In this document: one piece after another, positions 27,701 to 39,700 of the stretch
How the letters are laid out: each line of letters starts with the position of its first letter
Numbering within the stretch: position 1 is the stretch's first letter
NCBI RefSeq assembly: GCF_902652985.1
Contig: NC_047018.1
Location: forward strand, 22,134,001 to 22,198,000
Direction of reading: 5' to 3'
DNA: 64,000 nucleotides
DNA from: Pecten maximus
Lineage: Eukaryota
The notes under the pieces: model-generated
Seen by the model: the letters and a program-made list of their open reading frames with translations, nothing else
The model's database searches: none
Told to the model about the DNA's origin: nothing
Translations under genes and position numbers: made by a program

Positions 27701-30700
27701 ATTAGGTAGCACCTGGCAGGAAAACAAACTATACATATGTTTATTTATGTATAACACCTATATAGTATGAAAGGAACATCAACATTTTATAGGTCTTTAG
27801 GGCCAAACAATGGTGAGTGAAAACGTAACAACACCAGACAAGAGACTCAGAGGGCCTATAGCGCTCACATTGTTGGACTTGACCAAACGTCAAAATAATG
27901 TTCGATTCATTAATAGCTTTATTTGTTGATGTCAAACATTGCTATATATGGTCATGGAATTGGGATCTCAACTGATTCAAAGATATAACACAGAAATGAA
28001 GGGGACATTTTTATAACATTATTGGGTTTATTTCTGGATGCCCAAAAAAACTATATACGGTTATGGGGTCGGGATCTCACCAATATCAAAGATATAACAA
28101 TAAAACTTAGCCTGTAGGGTTGGAGAAAACCCCGGGCATACTTTTATAACAATATTTTGTTTATCCCTTGAATCCCAGCAATGCTATATGTGGGTATGGG
28201 GTCGAAATCTCAACAAAATGAATAATATAGCCAGGAAAGAAAGTCCCTAGGGGTGGAGAAAATCGCATGGTCTTTTTTTTGCAATATGATCACGGTTATC
28301 TCTTCCTGTGCAGCAAATACTGTATATGGTAATAGGATAAGGATCTAAATCGTTTGAAAGATATCACCCAGAAACTAACATTCTAGCGGTAGTTGATTAT
28401 AACAATATAGCCAAATTACTCACTTTTGGTCCACCTCGGCCCCTGGGGGTCATCACCACCATTTGTAGATTTATTAATACCCTCAATTTCAATTTCAACA
28501 CATTTTATTGTCATTTAATTCGACAAATGGATCTGACATCAGGCATAGCCTATTTAAGTCATCTCCATATAAACATATATACAGGTAACAATTTTTTAAT
28601 CTCGAATATAACAGAAGTAGTATACATAATTTTATATATATTAACAGGAACATATATATGAATATATATATTAATTTACGTAGTTGATACATACAATTGC
28701 CAAATCACAAATTAACAGTAGATTAGAGTATAATTTAAATAATGAAGTATATATCACTCCAGGTAGATTTTTTTCGGTGTGTATAAATTGAGTCAAATCA
28801 TATGAATTTAGGTATTGTCTGTACACCATATTTATTGATAGAATTTTCATACATTACTTCCTTGGGCTGCAGGTCCTATAAAGTCCCCGTGTTAAAACAC
28901 ATTGACCAGTCACCCTAAAAGATGTATGAGAATTCATCAACAACTATGTTATACACATTTTTGCTAATACATATTACATAAAAAAAAAAAAAAAAACAAA
29001 AACGGGAGTAGTCAAAAGTGTTATCAATCTACCCTTAATTATTTTAGGAAATTTGTTACTTTATATAACTTAATAATACTATGACAACTTCCATCCAGTC
29101 CAATCTTGCCCATTTGCATAATGTTATATTGCTTGCAGGGTACTGTATGTGCTACATATATATATAATTGAGATTTACCCAGAATCAATATAGAATTGTC
29201 ATATATAACATATGCATAACTAAATTACTATGAATTTTACTAATTGATAAAAATATATGTGTTTGTGTGTGGGAGTGTGTGGCATGGGTGGGATATATAT
29301 TGCATGTTAGATTATATGTTAAATCTTCCAGTTTCTTGTATATATTGTGTTACAAATTTTAGAATATTTATGTTGACATTAGTGTTACATAAACTACATC
29401 CTTTTAGAAGAGTACTAGCATTATAATGGTTGTGATCATCTAAATGGTTTATTTGTGCTAAGTTCTGAATTAGAAGTTGTCTAGCATCAATAAATATGGG
29501 ACATTCAAACATAAAGTGGTGTATATTTTCATCTTCATAGTTACATGCACATGCTGCAGACTCAGCTAGATGATCTTTGTGAAGATCAGAGTTTAGGTTT
29601 GAGGCTTTATTTCTTAGTTGACAGAGTAGTAAGTTATATTTTCTTAGTCCGTAATACTTGAAAGTATCAGTTATCTCTAATATGTTATTATTATTATTAT
29701 TATTATTACCTGTAGATTTAATAAGTGTTTTGAATTTGTTCAATGAACTAGCATTTAATACTTCTCTATCTAGCTGGTTAAGTTCATTCAGTGTTGATGG
29801 GAAAAAGCTATTTGAGTAATTTTCCGTCCTACAAAATGGAGGATTGAATAGTCGATTATTCCTGAGTGGATATCTAACATGTGTACATGTGTTATCATTA
29901 ATGTGTTGTTCAACAATGTCTGCAAGGTATTTTGGTGTTTCTTTGTTCAGTATTTTGTACATTAATATAAGTTTATGGTTCTTTCTTCTACATTCAAGAG
30001 TTTCAATGCCAGTTTCAGTATATAATTTATCATGAGATGTCCCCCTTCTTAATCCTGTTATTATTCTCAGCGCTTCTACTTGGATTGATTCTAAGTAGTT
30101 TTTATTTTGGTTTGTACAGTTATCCCAGATTACATCACCGTATTCTAAAATTGGTCTTATATACGAGATATAGATAGTCAAAAGGCTTTTTCTATCAACT
30201 TTATGTTTTAGTAATCTTAATATGTTCATTCTTTTGTATGCTTTATCGTGGATATTTGTTATATGATGGTTCCATTTACCGTCGCTACTAAAAGTTAGTC
30301 CTAAGTGTTTGTGATCCAAGACACAGTTGATTGTATCATTAGCAAATAGGATATCAGGGTTGATTATCTCCCTTTTTCTGGAAAAAAGTACTGATTCTGT
30401 TTTTAACGGATTGAAGTTTATATCCCAATTTTTTGCCCATGTATCTATATTATCTAAATCATTAGTTAGTTTTCCAGCTATTTCAATATGGTTATCGTTA
30501 ATTATTTCATACAGTGAAGTATCATCAGCGAAGAGTTTAATTTTACTTTGAACACAGTCGGTTATGTCGTTGATGTATATTAAGAATAAAAAGGGACCAA
30601 GTACAGAGCCTTGAGGGACACCTGCGTTTATATTTTTGAATGTTGAGTAAAATCCTTCTGTTGAGACTCTTTGCTTCCTGTCAGAGAGATAATTCTTAAA

Positions 30701-33700
30701 CCACTGTAGTACTTTCCCCTTAATACCATAAGTTTCTAGTTTATAAAGTAGGCCTTCATGCCATACTCTATCAAAGGCTTTGCTGATATCACAGAAGATA
30801 AATCTAATTTCATTATTTTTATCCAAGTTACTTACAATAGTATCATATATTTCTAATAATTGGTTAATAGTGGAGTCTTTTGGTAAAAAACCTGACTGGT
30901 GCTTTGTAATTATATCACAGTCTTTCATATAGTTAAACAAATATTTAAAAATAACTTTTTCAATTATTTTACTAAAACATGGTGTGATAGATATAGGTCT
31001 ATAGTTGGAAACATCACTATTTGATCCCTTCCCTTTGTAAATTGCATTTATGTTAGCTGTTTTCCAAGAATATGGTATAATACCTGATTCAAGAGTTTTA
31101 TTGCAGAGTAATGTTAGAGGATGTATTAGAGATGGGGTTAATTGTTTGATTATTTTTGGTATAATGTTATCAGGACCAGGAGGTTTTTTATCATTAAGTG
31201 TTAATAGTTGATCTTTAATATCTTGTTCAGTGATAGTGATATTTTCTATTCTAAATGGAAAGTTATTATCAGGTGGATCAGGGGGTTCAAGGTTAGGAGT
31301 GGATGTAGATATTGAGCAAAAATAATTGTTTAAGCATTCAGCTTTATCAAATGGATGATGGATAACAGTGTTATTATCACATAGCGGAGGTAAACTATTA
31401 GATATATTATTACAGTTCATTACTGACTTAGCTATTAATACCCTCCACCTAAGAATACTACCAGTCAAATATGATTGAAACACATTGCTTAGTCCCAGAG
31501 AAGAAGACGTTTATAGCAATATAGCCAAATTGCTCCCTTCTGACCCCATCCCGCAGCCACTTACAGATGCTTCCAGTCAAATTAGGTTAAATTCCAATCA
31601 GTAATTAAGAAGAAGTCGACGGACGCAACGGTATGGCATAAGCTCAGCTTTCGTGAAAAAAATATATTGGTACACTCTCGTGTAGTTTGAAATGTAAAAA
31701 GTGGCTACGGTTACTCAAATCTTGTGATGTAGACCAACAGCTTTTAAATGGCTATGATTTTTGCATATGCTAACAGTTTTGAAAATAAATGCTGTTATAA
31801 ACACTTTCCTTTTTTAGGTTATAGATCATTGCAATGCAATGAGAAGTGTCTAAAGGTATCCGGATCTTGAACTTATTCTTTATATCTTCTTTACATATCC
31901 TATTTCAGAAAATATCTCTAACCTCTGACAGTGGGCTGGGGATTATCATTATTCAATATTATAGAAAAAAATAATCTGAGATCCCATGCATTTTAAGGTA
32001 AAAAATTCTTTCAAAATGCTGTTTTCATGATCTTACGATATTTGTATGAAAGAATATTACCCTGTGAGCAATACTTTGAAATGCATATTGACCGTCTGTT
32101 TCAGCAAACAAACAAAAAACAAAAAAAGCAAAAACGGGGATTGGCCCACAATAAAATTGTATTGTATTTTGAGAAAATACATTCTGTAGTTCTCCTTGTT
32201 ATAAGCAACCGCCAATTCTGGTAATAAATGGTAAATTAAGGAGCAACATACCTACCATTACACTTGGGTATCGCTCCTGAAAACGTTCCGTTTGGTAAGC
32301 ACTGCAAGACAGATGTACCATTGTGTAAACCTCGACACACAACCGTCACATTACCTCCTGGACTGAGGTCAGCCAAGGACCGGACAATGACCACATGGGA
32401 CGGGGGTACATCCGGTAGACTGCATGATGGAGCTGAAACCACGAGACATTGAGATCGGACATTAGATTCGACCAAACTGCCCCCGAACATTTACTAAGGA
32501 TACATTAAAGGGGAAAATATCTCTAAAAAATAAACTGTCTTGCGTTGTATTACGTCCATGAAAGAAATTAAATAATTAGAATTATCAGCAAGATAACCTT
32601 CGCAAAATTAAAAAAGACATATGGTATTTTTTGTCAAGAAAACAGACTGTAATCAGGAAACCTACATAGTCTCTATACAAGTACTAACCTTTACACTCAG
32701 GCATTTCTCCGTCCCAGCGGCCATCTGAAAGACAGCTAAAACTTCCTTGTCCAACACGATTGTATTGATTAATGCACTTTACCAATACTTGGCTGCCATA
32801 AGGATACTCGTTCTTTATCGGGTCAATGTAACTGAATGACAACAATTTCGGTTTTGGGCACATAACAGCTGGAATAAACCAAACAATCATACCAATCACA
32901 TATCAACGTCTTTCAACTGCTTTCAACGTCTTTATGATATTGTATACAGGAAAGGATTTTGGACTGATTATAGGTTCTCCATACACTGTGAGGCAATTCT
33001 CTTAAAAATCATCTCGATATACTTCGAAACTCGCCGTCATGTGAGTAACACTAGCCTTAACATATATGTGACGTCATAAATTTTCAATCTCATACCTCTA
33101 CACCGCGTCCTTTCTAAATTCCAGGAATAGTTCTGTTCAGAACAGGTTAACTCAGAAGTCCCCTCCAGGGTGTACCCATCTTTACAACTGACCTGTACAG
33201 TCACGACATATGGGAAATGCGTTACAAACATCCCTGTGATGTAGGTGTGATCAGGGAGGGGTTGGTGCTTGCAACGCACAGCTGAAAAGGGTAAAAGTTA
33301 ACGCGTTCGCTATTACGTTTGAAATACATTGTATCAAGGCCGTTATTACCGACTCTTTATAGAAGTTTGCTGTAACTGAATTGTAAAACCTTGACAGCGA
33401 TTTGCTGCCAATGCTACCTGTATCTCTTTTAAATATATCGACATTATCTCGATTGACTGGTATCTTTAGGACATAGAAGCCTGGATTACGGAACAACAGT
33501 TTTACTTAAACTTATCTTTTTGTACTCTATAGGATGGTTTAAATCTAACCTTGACATGTCGGAATGCTATATGTCCAAGTGCCGTTTTCCTGACATGATA
33601 TCCGTGGAGTAGCCACTGTTCTGAGTCCTTCCCCACACTGGAGCTCTAACAGAAGCACAGAGCCTGTGAAAAAGGCGATCTTTGGTGGGTTGACTACGGT

Positions 33701-36700
33701 AACGTTTTGTGGTAGTACCGGCGGCGGACACTGATTTAACGAGGCTGCAAGGCAGATCACACTCCCTAAACAGCATGGCACTCTAGTTCGCTTCTAGTTT
33801 CATCATAAATATTAATTCATCTTCTTCTTTTATTTCTCTACGTATATTATTTCAATTTTCTGCCTGTGTGCTCATGTAATGTTTATGTTTCTAGCTCTCT
33901 TCACAACAAAACGAAACAAGGAAATCTAAAGTCATTCAGTTTTCTATTTTATTTCATTTTAAATTTCCGTTCTTTAATGTGAAATACTTGACTGTTAAGA
34001 CTGCAATTTTCAAAGGATTCTATTATTTGATCTTTTTGCAACAGCAACATATTTTATAATGAAAACTATATTATACATAATTATATATACATATATTATA
34101 AATCCTTCAATTATTCATAACGCAAATTTCACTCACAACATAGTGGAACTGGACAAATCTCCCAACGCACATCTGGGTCTAGGGTATAACACCAAGGGCT
34201 AATCTCATTGTCAGGATTCCTACAGAAGTTTCTAGCCTCTTTGTCAACGAACTTCGCGTAGCGGTGAGAATGAAGTGTTGTATCAGACCATTCCTGACAA
34301 ACTCGCCCATTCACTGTAGAGTTAATATCTCCGCGATATTCTTTTCCTTTTTGTGTCAGACGACATCCGAGAGCTGAAACATCAACAGCTTGTAGTTGTT
34401 TTAGTGGACTTTGTTCCATTCAGGAACCTTGTAATATATTTTGCTTGCACTTATTCTAGTTCTCCAGCAAGTATATTTGTGTTAGTCTCTAGAGCTTGAT
34501 GATACTTTGAGCAGATCGTTTTCAGTAATCGTGTGCACGTGTTGGTGATATTCAATAGTACAACCTCTGAAGCAATTCCTCCGAAAAATAGTGATAACAT
34601 TAAACTGTACAAAGGCAAAACAATGAATAGATAAACAAATAAATAAATAAATACTCACGGTACTCGCAATGTCTTCCCCACCACGCCGAATCACACTCCG
34701 GACAGCCTCCGTCCGTGTCAACACATGTCTGATTAGCCTTGCAGTGTAAAGGGCAGGTTCCTTCTGGTCAGCAGTCAAAGAGAGTTGAATGAGGCATTCA
34801 ATTGATTAAGGAGTGAATTTAACATAACAAGAAGCGCATGGACCTTTAACGGTCACTTGAGTTCTGATATATTTCAGTCAATTTAATCCTTTTTGGCCCC
34901 GCCATCAGCTCCTGGGGATCAGTCAGAGCTAACATACCACTATACTGTCATTCTATACTGATAATTCTAACTTAGCTTTATAATTCCTAATGGTTCAAAA
35001 TGAAATTTACCTGTATAAACTATAGTAAAGTTTATCCTGCCCTTGAGCAAACATGAGACCTTAGTGTTATGAAATTCACAAATCTGGTAAAGCATCTTAA
35101 GACCCTTCCAATTATGAAGAGTATTTGATTCTACCTTATTTTGGTTTTGGGAAATTTAGTCAATTTTACCCTTTTTGTCCCCGGGCATCGGGCCTTAGGG
35201 ATCAGTCAGATCAGGATGTGCATACCATCACCCTTACTGAGAAGATTTTTGAATTTTCAGTCAATTTGACAACTTTTTACCCCACCCCTCAGTTCTCTGG
35301 GGGATAGGGACCATATATTCTTCAATTGTGGCTGACCTTTGACGATGGAATAGTTCTGCAAACTTTCATTAGAATTGGTCCAGGGTCTCTGAGAAGAAGT
35401 CAAAAATGTTACAGGCGACATCGTACGATGTAAGACGACGGACAAAAGGTAATTGGAATAGGTCACTCGAGACTTCGTCTCAGGTGAATTAAAAACCGAG
35501 TCACGTTGATCATGGTAATACTAGCCTAGTGTTTAAGCACTACACAAAACAGTTGATGGGCTGCATGATAAATAGATACGACATACATTTACCAATTACC
35601 TTTGCAAACGGGAAACTTTCCATCCCAGCTTCCATCATTCTTACACACAAACGTATCGTAACCGTAAAGCTGATAACCATCCTTACACCGTACCATGATA
35701 ACATCTCCGAACGAGAACGAGTCACTTCCATTTTCTACAAAGCTGTGGTCGTTCAGAAGTGGCACCGGACAAACCACCGCTACAACAGAAGACCGGAAAT
35801 CATAGATGTAAGTAATAATGAATACCATATATATATGTAATATAACTCAGTCGATTTATCAATTGAAACGGAAACTGCATAGAGTGCGTTTTCAGATTAG
35901 ACACCACTCAATATTCATTGGAAGATATCGAGATTGTAGTTTAGTCAGACTTTGAGAGTCAGCTATTTTGAGTTTTTAGATTATATCCAGAGGTCAAAGA
36001 CAGCACCATCAAGACAAACACCATGCTACTTGATGTAAATGTTTTCATTTTCATTAAAAAGTATCAGAATAAAAATAAAATCATTTTCAGTTTTTCCCTA
36101 AAGATTTTCTACTGTCAAACTACCTTGACAGATTGGCAATGACGAGTTCCACGTGCCATCTGCCTGACAATGCAGGTGTGCTTCCCCTATCAATCTATAA
36201 CCTGTATCACATTCGACCGTGGCGATATGGGTGTATGTATATTGTACAGATTTGTCCATCAAGAAGCTGTTTGTTGTTGGTCTAAGTTCTGGACAACGGA
36301 CACCTGTAATAGTAATGTGTATTCAATGAAATGTAGAGATATAATCGGTCGAATGTAAAATAAACCATATCCTTTCTTGATATTAATTTCAAATTGTCAT
36401 TGTTCAAGAATATGAAACCATGAAACAATACCATTATCGTTTAGATAAAATCAATTCAATTAGGCCTATTGCGAAATAAATGTGTTCCCGGCAACATCAT
36501 AGAAGCCGAGATTTTTTTCTGGCCGAGTTGTAAACACTATACAAATGTATGTTAATTGATGTAAAGTTAAAAAGAAAAGAAAGGAGATCTTACCTTCGCA
36601 TGCTGGCATGGTGCCGTTCCACTGAGAGTTGTTCTGACAATTAAAAATCGTTTGTCCTTTGGTTTCAAAACCTTGATCACATGCTACTTGAATGGTATCG

Positions 36701-39700
36701 TTCTGCTGATACGGACCTCCCGTGTCTTCAATAATACGACTGTTGTTTTTCAGTGCGGGACTAGCGCAAAACGTCACTGAAATAATAACCGTTATACTTT
36801 CTTTTTCTTCATACAGTCACGGATTCACACTAACCGTTACATAAGACATACTGCAAATTATGGTATATCAAAAAGATTTTGAAAACATTTATAAGGCAAC
36901 CATTCTTTCTCACATTTGATTTTAAATACATTGTATTAAGCGATAAACAGTGTAGCATTTATTTAAATGACACATTAACAATTAAGAAACTCCACAAAGA
37001 CAGAACTTATCGTACATTTACAAATTATTCAACTTTTGCAATACAAGATATCATGACAACATATTAGACGTACAAGAACAGGATAATCTATTCATTGTCC
37101 ATTTTCTGTTTGCTTGACAAATTATGTTGACTTGCTCTTGGGTGTCTCCACACGTAAGGTTCACCAACAATGTAGAACCCGTGTAAAATGCCAGATTTAC
37201 TGGTGACAGTACGCTGGAGTACATAGGCAGAGTTGGTGGTGGGCACAGGGCACCATTATCTGGTCAAAGATTTAAAGATAAACTTGATTATGATCCATTG
37301 ATGTTCCAACATGTTGATATTTGAGTTAACTATGGTTTGTTGTTGCTATATCACAGTTTATATTAACAGCTAGCTATGATTGTGTATTAGCGATATGTAT
37401 AATGAAATCATTATACTGCCGTGTTATATTCGTCTGGACATGATTATACCAGTAAATATTGATTTATTTATCTCTTTTCATTCAACATACTCAAGAGTCA
37501 AATGATAGAATTGATACCACGACATAAATATCGTTAAATATCACAGAATAAAAAAAAACCAGAATGTAACATGATTATGAAACAGTAATATTGCAGTATG
37601 GTGTACATTGCATATCTATGATTATTTTATGACTATGAAATTTATTAACTGCATCTTGGAACTGGACAGACTTCCCATCGCCTCTTCGGGTCTACAGTAT
37701 AGCACCAAGGCTTAGGTTCGTTGTCTGGATTCCGACAAAGGTTTCCAGAGTTTGCCAACTTCAGTTTGTGCCTATGAGGTGAGTTCGACATCCATTCCTG
37801 ACATTTTCGCCCACTAACGGTAATTGCAGTCGTCCCTTTGTAATTCGCTCCGCGGCCATCGTAACATTCCATAGCTTCAAGAATGTAAAATAAAACTGTT
37901 TTGACTACATGTATATAGAACTATCAGTTTTAAGCTAATGTTACAAGGCAAATGGGGAGTTAATTGGAATCTATCCCCTTTTGACCACTCTTCATGACCT
38001 TGATAGTTTTTTTTTTCCTTTTTTGTTTCGTTTTCCTTATATTTCGTGTAGACCATACTTTCAAACAAGGATTGCTAAATGAACTTAATACGGTGTAAAT
38101 ATTAAAATAAATAAATGTGACCTGTATACTTACGGTACTGACAATGGCGGCCCCACCAACCAGGTTTACACCGAGGGCACGCTCCATCAGGCTCCGTACA
38201 GGGTACACCTTCTGCGCACATAGGCGGACAGATACCCCCTTCAAACCATAATTTGAACGTTAGTAATGCCATGAAAATGTGTTTAATTACCTTGAAATTA
38301 TGACGTCATGAACAACATACGCATTAACATAACAAATCCTCAAACACTAAATACTTCAGTATAAATTTGGTTTAACAAGATGGTATCGAATTATATCGAA
38401 TAAGAACTATATTTTCACTTTGAAAGACGTCGGGTTGCCTTTTGAAGCAAACACTGATAAATGTACTTAAATACGTGTATACATCACATTCATAACCGGT
38501 TAATTATTTTTTATCCCTAGAATATTTTGTTTTGTAAAATGTTGATCATTATTTTGAAGTAATAAAGAAGTATCAATGACGCTATATTGTTGTGTAATGT
38601 ACCATCACAGGTAGGCATGGTTCCATTCCATGATCGGTCACCCTGACACCGGAACAAATGTCCACCCTTCTGGGTAAAACCCTCGGGACACTGGACCTCA
38701 ATGGTATCGTTTTGAGCGTACAGTCTGCTTGTGGCATCTCCAACTATAAAGCTATTGTTATGGAGCGTAGGTCGTACACAGTGAACAACTGTAACATAAA
38801 TATGGTACATGATATCTTGTCATCATTCACGGAATAAATCTATAAAATATATTAATAACATAAAGATAATGTTTGAAATCATGTCATTGTTCACGAATTT
38901 TTTTTGTCCAATCCTATCATAAAGATAATGCATGATGTCTTGTCGTTATGCACGGAATAAATTTATCCAATCATAACATTAAGATAGTGGATGGTATCTT
39001 GACATTATTCACGGAATAAGTTTATCCAATTTACATTTTAAATCAATGTATTCTCTCTATCTTGTCAGCAACTAAATCAACCAATCACCAGTCTCCGTTG
39101 ACAACGCCAATTAACCGATGACGGTACATTGTGCTTACCTATACAGTAATAAGTTTTATTTGATATTCCAAGAATATTCTTTTAAACTTTGAATTCAATA
39201 ACAGCAAGCACGTTTTCACGAGTATGTCTTTTTTTCAATTTATCAATACCTCTCCGTCATACAATGTGATGGTATGACGTCATATTTAAATAACGACGGA
39301 AAATCCGGAATTAATTCCAATCTTCAATCGTCGCTTGTCAAAAATTAATAACTCATTAGGATCACGACCCAGCTTCCTTGCGATGACTGCTCAGTTTCAA
39401 ATTATGAATTACATTTATGAGAAACCCAATGAAACTATTTTATTTTTAATGCTTCTATGAATTATTTAGATGGATTGAAATGATGTCTTTCACATTTATC
39501 TTTGTATACAATACAGTTCTGCCTAAAATTTAATCCTTAATGCGCAGTAGACAACTCATCATCTTTATTTAATGTGCAGTAGACAACTCATCATCTTTAA
39601 TGTATGGTAGACAACTCATCATCTTTAATGCGCAGTAGACAACTCATCATCTTTAATGTGCGGTAGAATATCTTATATTTTGCATACTATAACACGTTTT

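Larger units (their letters stand above)
27838..31662. mobile_element. Helentron-type non-autonomous element split by the LINE (parts 27838-28484 and 31433-31662)
   Basis: Begins ACAAGAG…GGGCCTATAGCGCTCAC and ends GACGGACG…ATAAGCTCAGCT…AAAA. Internal motif CAATATAGCCAAATT occurs on both sides of the LINE. Layout matches the element at 34826-35495. Family assignment is from recalled consensus. Confidence 0.55.

Noticed and set aside
31433-31483. N-terminal 17 residues of the 723-aa RT ORF
   Set aside because: They lie in the TSD and flanking element, so the start is fortuitous read-in and not the LINE's own.
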